From Octopus vulgaris (Eukaryota): 64,000 nucleotides of DNA. The notes under the pieces are model-generated. The model was not told where the DNA came from and did no database searches. It saw only the letters and a program-made list of their open reading frames with translations. Shown here piece by piece: positions 43,470 through 57,067 of the stretch. The translations under genes were made by a program, and so were the position numbers. Numbering within the stretch: position 1 is the first letter of the stretch; the number at the start of each line of letters is the position of its first letter. The stretch lies in contig OX597818.1 in assembly GCA_951406725.2 (NCBI GenBank), forward strand, positions 97,216,001-97,280,000, written 5' to 3'.

Positions 43470-44960
43470 TAAAGGTGGGCATCGTTAATCGAAAAGTTAA
43501 CTTCGTTAACCGTTAATACGTAAACCAAAAAGTTAACTTCAATAACCGTTGATCAGTTAATTCATTTAAAATGTAACGGATGTTATTGATAAACCGTTAA
43601 CGTTAATTTTAATTATAGAAAAAAACCCAAAGTCAGTTTCTGCTCTAAAAGCACCTTTAAAAGTAGCAAAACTATTAATCAGCCAATTTTGGCCTTTTTA
43701 AGGGCTTTAGAACCCAAAAACTATAGGTTTTTTTTTCTTTTTGCTTTAGAGTTAAAAATGCTGATTTTATAGTTTTAAATTTTAATATACCTAAAAAAAA
43801 GCTACTTTCATAGTTTTGGCCGATTTTAGGTTTTTAAAACCTTTTAGAACCAGAAAAAGGTAAAAAAAAAAAACTCAAATGAAACACAGTATTAGTATTA
43901 AGCTAAAAAAAAGTTTATTGATAAAGTGACCGTAAAAAAAAATAAGAACAAAAATAATGAAAAACATGATATATACATAATTAAATTTTTTCTCCTCTTC
44001 TCGTTCTCCATTTTGTTCATGAGATGCATGTTTCCTTTCATGAAGATTAGTATGTCAAAGTTTTCATCAAGTATGATCTCTTGCCCCTCAAGATGTCCTT
44101 GCCCATAGAGAACAAACGCTCCATTGCAGCACTGGAGAAAATGGCTATGTTGAACTTGATGAACAAGTCCACCAACATTTACTCACCCAAGAAAGCAGCA
44201 TCTGTCAGCAAGTCCTTGGAGTTGGCTTCCAACCACATTCTGGGCCTTGTCCTTGAGTGACTTGTGGTTCCTGTTGCTCTCTTTTTGGGTGGGTAACACC
44301 ACTGAAGAAGTCATCCTCTTCTTCGTTGTTGGAGACAACCAGCCTCCTTCCACCTCAGAGTAGATGTTGTCTGCTGTCACAATGTTGCAATCTTGTTGGT
44401 TCCAGAGGGCCCGTAACTTGGCCATGGCACCCCTGTAAGGCCTCTTGAACACTGCACTCCTTTTACTCTTCTCTGGTTCTAAAAGCTTTTAAAAATCTAT
44501 AAAAGAGTCAAAACTAAGAAATTAGCCTTTTATGTCTTTTAAATGTTAAAACTATAAGATCAGCGTTTTTTAAATTCTAAAGCAAAAACAAAAAAAAAAC
44601 TATAGTTTTGGGACTCTAAAGCCCTTAAAAAAGCCAGAAAGATTTTTAAAAAAAGGCTGATTTTATAGTTTCGGCACATTTTTATAGGTATTTAAGGTGG
44701 TTTTAGAGCAAAAACTGATTTTTTTTGCTTTTTTCTATATTAGAAATTAACATTAATATTAATAGAAATTAACATTAACGGTTTATCGATAACTTCCGTG
44801 ACATTTTTAAAGAATTAACTGATTAACGGAAGTTAAATGTAACAAAAGTTAATAAGTCCGATAATGATTTCCAAAGTTGACTTAAAATTTAAATCGTTAA
44901 CGAAAACGTTAACTTCCTTAACTGACGATTATAGGATTAACAATTTGGTCCCCAGGTTTG
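43470..44960 (-). mobile_element. hAT deletion derivative with long subterminal inverted repeats
   Basis: Perfect 8-bp TSD ctaatatc (43462-43469 and 44961-44968). Minus-strand remnant LFIKFNIAI..SAAMERLFSMGKDILRGKR...DENFDILIFMKGN matches the hAT dimerization domain. Confidence 0.9.
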
Positions 44961-45556
44961 CTAATATCACACTAACTCAGTTGTCAGCGATATTTATACA
45001 AAATTGCCATTGCATACAATAATGAGCTTTACCTACATAAAGTTGACTGGGCGTCAGAAATAATAACTTGGAGTGGAGCGACTTAGTCCGAATCATTTTA
45101 AGACCCACTAGTCTGAGAGAAAGGACTAAATGCTGTTGGACGAAGTTGGTGTGTCTCAACGTAGCTGCTGTGGTGGTGTTGGTGTTGTCGTCTGGCGTTG
45201 TCGTTGGAACTGTCTGTGTCTTTGTGGTCAGTGACTAGACCTTAAAAGGTCTGGAACCAAAGACTTCGAACCAAGGCGAAGCTGGGTTTTTATAAGGAAC
45301 TGTAGGCTCAAAACAGGGTAGAGAACAAGCTGTTCCGCGTGATCGTATTTAGGGACTCCGACTGGTTACACACGGCAAGTTGGCAAGACAGAGTAAGAGA
45401 CAAATTGCGCCAATACCAACCAATCAGAGTAGTAGACACAATGGGATCCAAATAGCGGCCAAACGTATATGTACATTCGAACGTAGCTGTTCCCTGCGAC
45501 GTTCGAATGTACATATATATAATAAATAGGAGATAGGAATTTCACCCGAGTCTACG

Positions 45557-46965
45557 CTACAATACCATACGACATTCGAAGGCCGCCTGCACTGATCTCA
45601 GGCCTCTACCACCTTCATTTCTTCTTATGTAGAACCTGTCAACATCACTGTTTCTGTGGAAGTTCCCAGTTGTTGTTAGGATTTTGCGGGTTTTGATATC
45701 TATGGAGTGGATTTCCTCCACAGACCAATTAAGTATCCTAAATATTGAGATCAGCACTGGTACTGCTAATTCATTGTGGGATATTGTTTTGTTGTAAGAG
45801 GAGAGTTCCGACTGCCATAGTTTCCTAAGTCTGGTGTAATATTCTCAGGTCATTCTATCTTTATTCACAGTGCCTTCATATGATACAGTTTCGTCTATGC
45901 CTAGGTACTTGTAACATTGTGTGGAATGGGGGAGATAAAGAGACCGTTGATGCACAGGTTTTGGGTTTCGGGGACTGACTTTTCTTGTTCTATACCTAAA
46001 TATGAACATTTCTTCTGGCCAAATTCAATGCCTATATCAGCTGGAAATGTTATTAATTCCAGTTGTATTTTGACATGGCTAACACTTTTAGCACAAATCT
46101 CTTCAAAGAAATTATGAGTTACATTGATATATCTAGCAGCTGAAGATCCTAGCATGTAACCATTTGTTTTCTGCAGTAGGAACGATATTGGATTTAGTGC
46201 CAAAATGAAAAGGAGTACAGAATGATTCTCTCTTTGGAATATTCCCTTTGAAATGATTATACTATCAGAAACAATTATTCTGTTCTCAGTTGTAAGAGTA
46301 GGAATTGCTGTCCATGTCTTCGTGAGTCTCTCTATAGCAGCAGTTAAGCTAGTTGGCACTTTTGCCAGATGTAGGCACTTCAACGGCCATGAATGAGGGA
46401 TGGAGTCGACTGCCTTCCTATAGTCAAGCCATACTGTCACAAGGTTTCTACGTTATTTTCTTACTTCAGACAGTACAGCTTTGTTTATTAAAAGTTATTC
46501 AGCACATTCCCACACCCACTTCTTTCCACCAGCCAGTTCATCAGTCACAATATTCTTTGACTCACAATAGCCCTGGAGGAATTGGTTGAGTCAACTTGCG
46601 TACGGTTTGTACATAATGGGTCTGCAAAGGGCCTGCAGTTTCCTGTCATCTCGGTGATTTCATTTTTGGCAACAAGATTTGTCCTTGCTGTAGCAAGCCA
46701 ATTTGGTATATTAGGCTGACCTTCCATAATCCTTTTGAACATAAATATCAATTGGCTTTTATAAAATATCAGCTTCTTGTACCAATATCCAACTATTAGG
46801 TCTCTTCCAGGTGCTTTCCCATTCTGCAGTTTGCCTACTGTTTTAGCAAAGGTTTCTGCATCAATTTTGTATGTTTCACTGTAGTACTGGTACAGTATTC
46901 TCTCCCAGTTGTATTTAACCATGATGCATCAGATTGAAATCCTTCTTTTCGTTCCAAATTTTTGA
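45557..46965 (-). mobile_element. Degenerate Dong/R4-clade LINE
   Basis: KAPGRD...WLDYRKAVDSIPHSW...GIFQ...FGQKKC...YKYLG...DIKTRKILT...FHRNSDVDRFYIRRNEGGRGL. Confidence 0.9.
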
Positions 46966-46967
46966 CC

Positions 46968-47200
46968 GTGTATGTATGTATGTACGTACATACGTATGTA
47001 TGTATGTATGTATGTATGTATGTATGTATGTATGTATGTATGTATGTATGTATGTATGTATGTATGTATGTATGTATGTATGTATGTATGTATGTATGTA
47101 TGTATGTATGTATGTATGTATGTATGTATGTATGTATGTATGTATGCGTGTGTGTGTATGTGTGTGCACGCGCGTGCGTGCGTGTGTGTGTGTGTGTGTG
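46968..47200. repeat. (TATG)n/(GT)n microsatellite
   Basis: Directly visible; similar arrays at 8805-8960, 21180-21357 and 29797-29907. Confidence 0.95.
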
Positions 47201-47896
47201 AGCGGTTAGGAGATAGCTACTTTTTTTCCCGCACATCAATGCCATAGAAACAATGTATCTACATTCTTATTCGACTCGCAGTGACCCTTCGAAATATTTA
47301 TATTTACTTCAGTTATTTTTATTCACGCGCTGTAGCGCATACTAAATAACACACACACACACACAGGTGTAGTAGACTGACTCACTTCCCGTGGGTTATT
47401 ACTATTTTTATTGTAAATACAGGACAAATAAAAATCAATATCAATTCGACCTCGCAAATTCAATAAAGCGTTGGTTTCTCAGATAAAGAGTCACGGGCTA
47501 ACAGATGAAGGAGCAATATGAATGGGTGATAGTTGCATAATTCTTTAGAGCTCCTCTCTTTTCGAGGAGCGGGCAACGTGAGTCATGGCTCATTATCAAA
47601 CCGGCCGCACTATTAAAGACATTTAAGTTAATCTGTCATTAGGCTTGCCATTCAGAAAGTCTCTCGGCCCACAATTTGCCCAGGTCTGGTCTTGATTGAA
47701 AACAGTCCCACTCTTTATACGTGGGAACAGTTTCAATGTAGGTAATACACACATGCAATAAATAAATAAATAAATAAATTAATTAATTAATTAAAATCAG
47801 TACTCATAGCTAGATCGAAAACAGGCTAGTTGTAAGCTTACGTGGAATAACGGCTCTGTTTCACTTGTTATATAAAGGGACGGTGTCAGTATAGAA

Positions 47897-48201
47897 CAGG
47901 GTTTCTCAACCAGGATGCGTGTGACCCCTGGGCGTCCATATAAGATTTTTTGGGGGCCACGCAACCAAATGGTAAATTGTCCATTGTAGGTATTGGTATC
48001 TATTGCAAGAAACAGCCAGGTTTCTTTCTCTAACATCCTGCATAGTTCGACCTATACAAGTTAATGTGTGAAAACCAAAATAGGTATTTTGAAAGAAGTT
48101 TCTATAAAACTAGTTTTTAAACATAGAATGGCTATGGGGAGGCACCAGAATAAAATAGTAATGAAAGGGGTCCATATATGAAAAATGGTTGAGAACCTCA
48201 G
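47897..48201. mobile_element. hAT (Charlie-like) MITE
   Basis: TIRs cagggtttctcaacc / ggttgagaacctcag; near-perfect 8-bp TSD gtatagaa/gtagagaa. Confidence 0.8.
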
Positions 48202-48460
48202 GTAGAGAATCTATACTGACTGTACTATATATAGTACACAAGAGCAAAATAAATGAATAAATAAATAAATAAAATGATTTATAAAAATGTTAACAGGTAG
48301 ATAAAAACTAGGATATCTTAAGCTTGATTATAACCACAACACTGTTTCACAGAGAGGAGCAATGTCAATGTGTACGGTACGAACAAAATACTAGTTTCAA
48401 ATTTTGAGAAAGGAAGTCAGTCGATTACATCGACCCCAATGATCAACTGGTATTTATTTT

Positions 48461-49047
48461 GGCAAGACTTCCGCCCCCCCCCAAAAAAAAACCACCCTTA
48501 AAAAATTTTTTTTCGACACATACCCCACTTTTCGGGTACTGGGAATACGAATCTGCAAAAAAATTGGCAAAAATCGACATTTCTAAATTACCACCCCACT
48601 CCCATTTCCTTCATTTTAAACTTTTTTTCACATTCCCCCCACCCCCAAAATATGCGGTAAAATATGGAGATTATGATTCTAAAAAGAATTTCCAAAAACC
48701 TTGGTAAATTTTTTTTTTAGAATTTTTTTTTTCTAAGTATGCGGAAAAATACGGACATCATGATTCGGACAATAATTTCAAATCATTTCTGTACTTACGG
48801 TTACGGTTTTAGGGTTAGGGTTAGGGTTAGGGTTAGGGTTAGGGTTTTAGGGTTAGGGTTAGGGTTTTAGGGTTAGTGTTGGGGAAAAAGTCAAAATTGA
48901 AATAGTTGGGGGGAGAGGGGATTTTACAATGCCGATTTTTGGCAATTTTCCGGAGCCTCTGTATCCGAAAACGGGGATTTTTGAAAAAAAAATTACAAAA
49001 ATAAATAAATTTGGGAGAAAGCGCGGGGACGGGCGGAAATATTTCCC
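48461..49047. mobile_element. MITE/HINE-like element carrying an interstitial (TTAGGG)n tract (48809-48876), inserted in a family B SINE
   Basis: Imperfect terminal IRs ggcaagacttccgccc / gggcggaaatatttccc; the host SINE resumes on both sides. Confidence 0.7.
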
Positions 49048-49953
49048 TTATTATTTTTTTTATCGATCTCGGTAGGATGAAAGGTAAAGTCAGCTTTGGC
49101 GGAAATTGAACTCGAAACGTAAAGACGGATGAAATGCCGCTAAACATTTTCCTCGGCCCGTTAACGATACCGTCAACTCGTCGCCTCAGTACACACAATA
49201 TAATGATCGATGCTGTGGGTTGATGAAGTGATTGATTGCGGTGAGAATTTTCACAGGGGAGATAACTCCAAATGACGTCTCTTGCAAAGGTCCAGATGAC
49301 TAAACCAGCGCAAGCACAGTGTTTAGTCGTTTAACGTTGGTAAGGTGCGCTGTGTTCTTTTCGCACTTTCCATCCCATATTAGTATACTTATATATTAAA
49401 AAGAAAAAAAAGCATGTACTTATCGAGAACCCTTCCCATTAGGGAGTCAGGTAATTATGTTTTTTTATCATTCTAAACAATCAGTCTAAAGACAACATAT
49501 CTGTATAATATATCTAAATGTATAGATATTTTTCTTTCTATTCGTCATACATATGTATTTGTTTCTGATAACTTATGTAACATTAGAAAAACCTCTCGTA
49601 ATAGTGTTTTTATTACCTTGTATCACGTTTATCGTCGTATTGTTTGTATGAGGAAAGCTTTCTCGTTTTTGCTTTTTAGACAAAGAAAATAACAAAGCTT
49701 TCTTTTAAACTGTTTTGTTATCGTTCAGATTATACTGTATACAATTTATTAATAGCGTATATTATATGTCGTGACTTGTTACGTTCTATATAATAACAGT
49801 TATCTCACCTCACTATGTCGCTTTAAAAATACAAAAATAGTGTTCTTTAATACACAGGATGGAGAGGAAAACACGTATACGTATATATATATATCCCGTA
49901 CATTTTTTATATGTTTATTTTCGCTTGTGTAATGTATGTCTGCCATACATACA

Positions 49954-50032
<79 letters not shown>

Positions 50033-51959
50033 ATATATGTGTGTGTGTGTGTATATATGTGTGTGTGTGTGTATATATGTGTGTGTGTGTGTATATATGT
50101 GTGTGTGTATATATGTGTGTGTGTGTGTGTGTATCTGTATGTGTGTGTGTATCTGTGTGTGTGTGTATCTGTATGTGTGTGTGTGTGTGTGTATCTGTAT
50201 ATATGTGTGTATGTATATATGTGTGTGTGTATGTATATATGTGTGTGTATTTGTGTTATGTATGTTTAAGTGTTATAGGTGTGTGTGTGAAGAGAAATAA
50301 TAGCATTGGAAAGTAACTCAGTCTACAATTCTAAATGGTTAAGTCACTAACATAGAATCACAATGGCATACGTAATAAACAAGATTTCTTAGAATCATAA
50401 ATTAAACTACTTTTTTCCTCAATAACTGCACGACCAGAAACCCATCTAGATATCCATGACTTCACCCTTTACCCATAAAACTCCAAGACCAGAGATGGTA
50501 GCATATTGAACACACACATATATATATATGTGTGTGTGTATGTCTTTGTGTTTGCCTCCCACCACTGTTTGACGACTGGTGTTGGTTTGTATACGTCCCT
50601 GTAACTTAACACTTCAGCATCAGAGACCAGTAGAATAAGTCTTGGGGTCAGTTTGTTTGACTAAAATGCTTCAAGGTAGTGCCCTAGCATAACTGCAGCT
50701 CAATGACTGGAATACATAAAAAAGGGTAAAAGATACATTTAGACCATGATATAGTTGTGAATCCCAAATCCTATCAATAGAAGGATAACTGAGGGAAATT
50801 TGGAACAAATAGATTATTATAGATGTAATAGTTTAGATTTTGTAAAATTTCTTGACACTATCCTTTAATAACTCTATAGTCAAATGTAAGTAGTATAGAA
50901 TTAACATTAAGACTCCAGAATGCATGATGGCCTGATGTAATAACAGAGTACTACACGTAGTAGTGATCAACTGTATCATAGGAGTATCATAGTGTTTTGT
51001 GCTAGGATTCTTACTATTCCTGCCATTCATAAATGATTTGTCTTGAGTCATCATTTCCTCCTCACAGAGATGATTCCCTGATGTACAAATCCATTAACAC
51101 CAACATAGAATCCCATTGCCTCCAAAAGGACCTGTCATTGGAAGTGCAGGCTAATATCTATCTATCTATCTATCTATCTATCTGTCTGTCTGTCTGTCTG
51201 TCTGTCTGTTATATATATACATATATATATATATATACACACACACACATGCGTAGTAAGTGGATTGTGGTGTCAGCTTCCAAGAGCATGCATATGCTTG
51301 TCAACTCAATAATAAGCATCAAAACAGAGATAGTCATTTTAAATATTTTAGAATTACCTTCACTTACAACCCTTGACTTATTCATGAATTCGACAATATT
51401 ACACACAATTAGTTTATGTGGTCACATGTTCTCCCAGAAAAAAAAAAACCGTAACTAAAACCAACTAGAAAACCATTAATAGACCATCATAGAATATGCT
51501 GGTCCTATCACAAACCTAGATGCAAACACATTAAAGGAGGTTGAAGAATTTACAGTCATGGGAGTCAGAAAGCATAATGAAGATTTCATTACTATGGACA
51601 TAATTTTTCAGAATACACTGACTGTGGACCATGAAAAATGGAAGCACAACATAGAAGCATAACACTAAAACAGAAATATTAAGGAGCAGAATAAACATTG
51701 ACATCAAGAAACACTTATGCTTTAACCATATGCTTCATAGAGTTATAGCAACACTTACAACCAAATGCTAACTTAAAGCATCATATAAACTATACAATGA
51801 AACACTGATTAAAGGTAGTATGCAAATGTAACAAGCATGGACTCACAGATTATGACAAAGTACAGCCTACCCCCCCCCACAAAGACTAAGGAGTTAAACT
51901 GAATAGTGAACAAAAGGTGCAAATACAATAGTAAGATATTCTGAGGCTTTAAGATATAT

Positions 51960-52360
51960 AACTTAGATTGGTTTCAGCTATTATCGGCTCAGGCCATGAT
52001 TAACTCAATAGCTCCACCTGGAAAAGTCTTTTAATTAATTATTTCGGGACACCATGGACCACTCAAACAAAGAGTTGTTATTGGCTGAGACATATGGAGG
52101 TGTAGGTGGTTTATCTGGTATTTCCTGGAAGAATTTGTCCAGGTACCATTTGAAAGTTGTGGGGTCTTTTTCTACTTTAATTTCTTTTGAGATAACATTG
52201 AAAAGAGCAGGACCATTTGCAGGGAAGAAATTATGTTGCAATTTTCTTATGTGATGATATCTCGACATTTGTAGGGAACACATTCCATGGAGGCCTAGTC
52301 TTGGGTGAATTGTAAACATAACACCAATACCATTTGGAGAATATTGGTGGATATGTGTTA
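51960..52360 (-). mobile_element. CR1-group LINE 3' end
   Basis: GPALFNVISKEIK...FKWYLDKFFQEIPDKP...NNSL, followed by a short 3' UTR. Confidence 0.8.
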
Positions 52361-53467
52361 ATTGCTATATGTATAAATCATTTATCATCCACTTTTCCAT
52401 ACTTGCATGTCTCTGACAAAATTCATTGAGGCAGATTCCAGTCATCAACCCTCACCTGTTTCCAAGCAAAGTAATATTCCCCAAGCCAAACATGTTTCCC
52501 TGGAAGACAGGAAACAAGCAACATTGCATGTATGACCATGTTGTTCATTTACAAGCATTTCATAAATACCCAAGGGATGATTTTAGATATTGTAAGGAAA
52601 TGGAAAAATTTTTTATTAAAAAAATTTACATCAAAGTTAAGCATGTAAAATCTTTATTGAAACAAGAAAATTTTTTTTTTTAACGCTCTCCAGAAGAACC
52701 AAGCTAAGTCATGACTGAATATTAATGTTGTTATTGCTGTTACTAAAAGGAGGTTTTTAAACAATCATCTCACACACATATACACATTCTCACCCATGCA
52801 GAATAAGGAATAGATACAGATCAGAAAAGGAGGAAGAAATCATAAAAATCACATATTTTGAACAGAAATCAGTCAACCATTTAGTAATTTTCCAGATAAA
52901 AACCAACAAACTCGGACCTTGCTTTATATACCCTGAAATCAGTAAGCAGTTGACCCTTTTAAATACTTTGTTTAACAAACAGGCAGTCAAATGCTTAACT
53001 GGACACTCCCAAACAAACTGGCAGTCAACCTCTTAGCTGGACACTCATAAACATTCCTTATTGAACCCACTCTGACTCTTGTATACAAATTTTAAAATAT
53101 CTAATTCCTCTGGCATTTTTTTTCAACAAAAAGCTGACATTCTTTACACATTTATATTAAGTGAAAGTACTCAATAACCCACAACCTGTGAAAATTTTCT
53201 TAAAGAAATGAAAGAACTTAGAATATAAGAAATAGTATTTCTCCAACTTCTGTTGACTACTTTCTTCTCTTATTAATATAGGAGTGGATATAGGGTGGTG
53301 AGCTGGCAGAGGTCCATTTTTCCTTATATCCTTTCCTGGGGTGGAGGGGGGTCGATTAAATAAGTACCAGTTACACACTGGTGTCAATATAATTGACTTA
53401 ATCCCTTTGTCTGTCCTTGTTTGTCCCCTCTATGTTTAGCCCTCTGTGGGCAATAAAGAAATAAATA

Positions 53468-54090
53468 TAGGAGTGATTATGTGGTAAGTAGCTTGCTTAT
53501 CAACCACATGGTTCCAGGTTCAGTCCCACTGCATGACAACTTGGGCAAGCGTCTTCTACTATAGCCTTGGGCTGACCAAAGCCTTTTGTGTGGATTTGTT
53601 AGATGGACACTGAAAGAAGCCCATTGTGTATGTATGTATGTATGTATGTGTGTATATATGTTTGTATGTCTGTTTCTACCCCCCAACATCGCTTGACAAC
53701 TGATGCTGGTATGTTTACATCCCTGTAACTTAGCAGTTTGGCATAAGGGACTGATAGAATACGTACTAGGCTTACAAAAAATAAGTCCTCCTGGGGTCAA
53801 TTTGCTCGACTAAAAGCGGTGCTCCAGTGTGGCCATAGTCAAATGACTGAAACAGATAAAAGATTATAAACACACACACATATATCTTTTAATTTTTTTC
53901 AGTCATTTGACTGTGGCCATGCTGGGGCACCACCTTGAAGGGCTTTAGTTGATCAAATTACCTCCATGACTTTTTTACAAAAGCCTGGTACTCATTCCAT
54001 CAGTCTTTTAGGCCGAACCACTGTTACAGGGATGTAAACACACCAACACCAGTTGTCAACCAGTGGTGGGGACAAATAGAGACACAAAAA
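53468..54090. mobile_element. Tail-to-tail inverted pair of family A SINEs, CpG-decayed
   Basis: + copy 53468-53862, - partial copy 53890-54090. Confidence 0.8.
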
Positions 54091-55006
54091 TATAGTAAGT
54101 ATATATATATATATATATATATATCATCACCGTCATTTAATGTCCGCTTTCCATACTGCCATGGGTTTGAAGGTTTGACTGTGGACTGACGAGCTAGGAG
54201 GCTGCATCAGGCTCCAGTCTGATCTGGCAATGTTTCTACAGATAATGCCCTTCCTAACACCAACCACTCCAAGAGTGTAGTGGGTGCTTTTTATATGCCA
54301 CTGGCATGAGGGCCAGTCAGGTGCTTTTTACGTGCCACTGGCATGGGAGCCAATCCGGCAGCACTGGCATCGACCACTCTTCTCAAATGGTGCTTTTTTT
54401 GTGCCAGTACAATAAACACCTCCGTATATTTTTAGAAACTTGACCATTATATCTTGTACCATTTTCTGTACTCATTCCTCCACCTTAGTGCCTTTCAAAC
54501 ATATCACCCAACCTCACACATATTCATTCCTTATATTCTTATCTCTTGCTATCTCTCCCCTTCTCCTCTCCCGTCCCCCTCATAATATAGTGATCACCAA
54601 CTAACACTCCTTTTTCATTTTCTCTTCCTTTTGACCATTCTCCTCATTTTAACATACACATCTTTTCTCTCCTTTTCTCTATCTACTTAATACTATCACT
54701 ACATTCTCAAAATTTCATTCACACCACAAGACCCCTTTGAATGAACAGCACATGGACTCTGTCTCCACATTTTCCATTTGTAATGACAAAATATGAACTA
54801 CTATCAGAATTTACATACCTTGGGCAAGAAGCATTTTACCAATCCTACACATCGATGTCATTAGATAATGGAACTGCAACTATAACATCCTACATATATT
54901 TTTATTTTCAATCTCTTATTTCCCTTTATACTTCCTATTTCCATCTTTTTCCAAAATAACTCCTTATATTGAACTTTACTATTTCCTTCTATTTAACTAT
55001 CCCATA

Positions 55007-55058
55007 TTGTCTCTGATGAAGGGATGTCACTAATATCCCAGAAACAGCTGTAAGACTA
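55007..55058 (+). ncRNA. Type I hammerhead ribozyme motif (Penelope-type)
   Basis: gtct-CTGATGA-a-gggat(gtcactaat)atccc-a-GAAA-cagct-GTA-agac: stem I gtct/agac, stem II gggat/atccc, palindromic stem III acagctgt. Confidence 0.8.
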
Positions 55059-55932
55059 ACTTTCTCTTTATAAATGTCCTGAAAATTCCATAGAGCCTTG
55101 GCTTTGTTGTCTCATTTTATTCAACATTATATATCTATATATATTGGGTGTGTGTGTCGTCTCATGCCCCTACCCCATACAATCTTGCAAAACCCACCCA
55201 CTCACACTCCTGGACTCTGTCCTTACTCACTTTGTACCTTGAGGTAACACCTCATCACTGCTGTTTGTTTGTAATTATTATTCATTCTCACGCTCTCTAA
55301 ATGTGAATAGCCATATGTCTCCTGTAGGTGCAATGGCCCAGTGGTTAGGGCAGCAGACTTGTGGTCGGAGGATCATGTTTTTAATTCCCAGACTGGGCAT
55401 TGTGTGTGTTTATTGAGTGAAAACACTTAAAGCTCCACGAGGCTCTGGCAGAGTGTGGTGGCAACTTTTGTTGTACTCTTTCGCCCCAATTTTCTCTCAC
55501 TCTTTCTTCCTGTTTCTTGAGTAACACTGCAATGGACTGGCGTCCCATCCAGCTGGAAGGAACACATACACCATAGAAACAGGGCCCCATGAACCTGGTT
55601 CCCCAGTTTCTAGGCTTGAAAAGGGCGCATAAAAAAATAAAGTCTCCTGTACAAGTACCTGCTCTACCCAGTCCTCTTCTCTCACACTTTAAATCTCATT
55701 ACCTGGCTTAAAGGTCTCCCCACCCTCGAGTTTGATAGTAAGCTGCATGATGACCTCACTAGCACTGGTACAGTGCCAGGTGCATGTTAGGAATGGCATC
55801 TAATTGAAGAAAGCTTGCCAAGCAGACACTGGGGTGCAAAGCAGTCCTTGGATTGGTCTGGTCCTGTTTAGTCATCCAACCCATGCCAGCATGGAAGATG
55901 GACCTTAAATGATGATGATAATGTATCTATGT

Positions 55933-55977
<45 letters not shown>

Positions 55978-56147
55978 TACGTACAGTAGAACCTCGGTTT
56001 ACGAACGCCTCTGATTACAAATAAATCCTGCTTTATGTCTATCTATCTATCTATAAATATATATATGTATATATATATAAAATTAAAATGAAGGTGAAAA
56101 ATTGGATATTAATTTGATAACATCAATTCAACACCAGTGGTCTAGCA

Positions 56148-56809
56148 TATGTTGTAACATATTTCGTTTTTAATTTCGAGCATTTCGGCAATTTTAACCA
56201 ATCGCTGACATCCATTTAGGTAAATAACATTCTGTGCATAATGAATATGTCCTCCTTTAAGAAACAGATTGGGTTTATTTACATTTGTGAAGAAAAAAGA
56301 TACCCTTCCCCCACCCCTAACCCTAAATCTAAAATAGATTGAAATGCAATAGATCGATACTAGGGTTATAAATATGGGTGACAATTTCATACGACACCGC
56401 TACGGAAAATGGGATTTTTTTCTAGCGGTGTCAAATGAAAATGTCACCCATAATTATGGCCCTAGTATCGATTTATTGCATTTCAATCTACTTTAGCTTT
56501 AAGGTTAGAGTTAGGGTTAGGGGTTGGGGAAGGGTATCTTTTTTTCTTCACAAATGTAAATAAACCCAATCTGTTTCTTAAAGGAGGGACATATTCATTA
56601 TGCACAGAATGTTATTTACCTAAATGGACGTCAGCGATTGGTTAAAATTGCCGAAATTAAAGACGAAATATCTTACAACCTATAGAATTTTCTCAATAAA
56701 GCCAATGAAAATGATGTTTTATAAACACATTCTACCAATATACGAAGTTCAAAACTTTTTAGTTACCTAGAAATTATGTTACAAAGTGCCGTTCAAAAGG
56801 AAAAGATCC
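56148..56809. repeat. Large palindrome (~255-bp arms, centre ~56403-56422) formed by two inverted copies of a TTAGGG-bearing element
   Basis: gcaattttaaccaatcgctgac...gacaccgcta / tagcggtgtc...gtcagcgattggttaaaattgc; the right copy continues to gaaaagatcc at 56809. Confidence 0.9.
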
Positions 56810-57005
56810 AACACCAGAAACGTAAGCGAGCAAGACAAATGAAAAGTAACAAAAATATAGATTAATCATAAAAACAATGTTTCATTATATATATGGCCTG
56901 CTCGCTTAGCCAGCAGGGTGGCGTCATTCAAAGGCTAAAACAATGCGAACGCATTGTGACCAGCGATGTGTAATAACATCTGATGGTCTGGTCGGTCACG
57001 TGATA

Positions 57006-57067
<62 letters not shown>

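Noticed and set aside
48809-48876. True telomere or chromosome fusion site
   Set aside because: Short tract internal to an IR-bounded element nested in a SINE.
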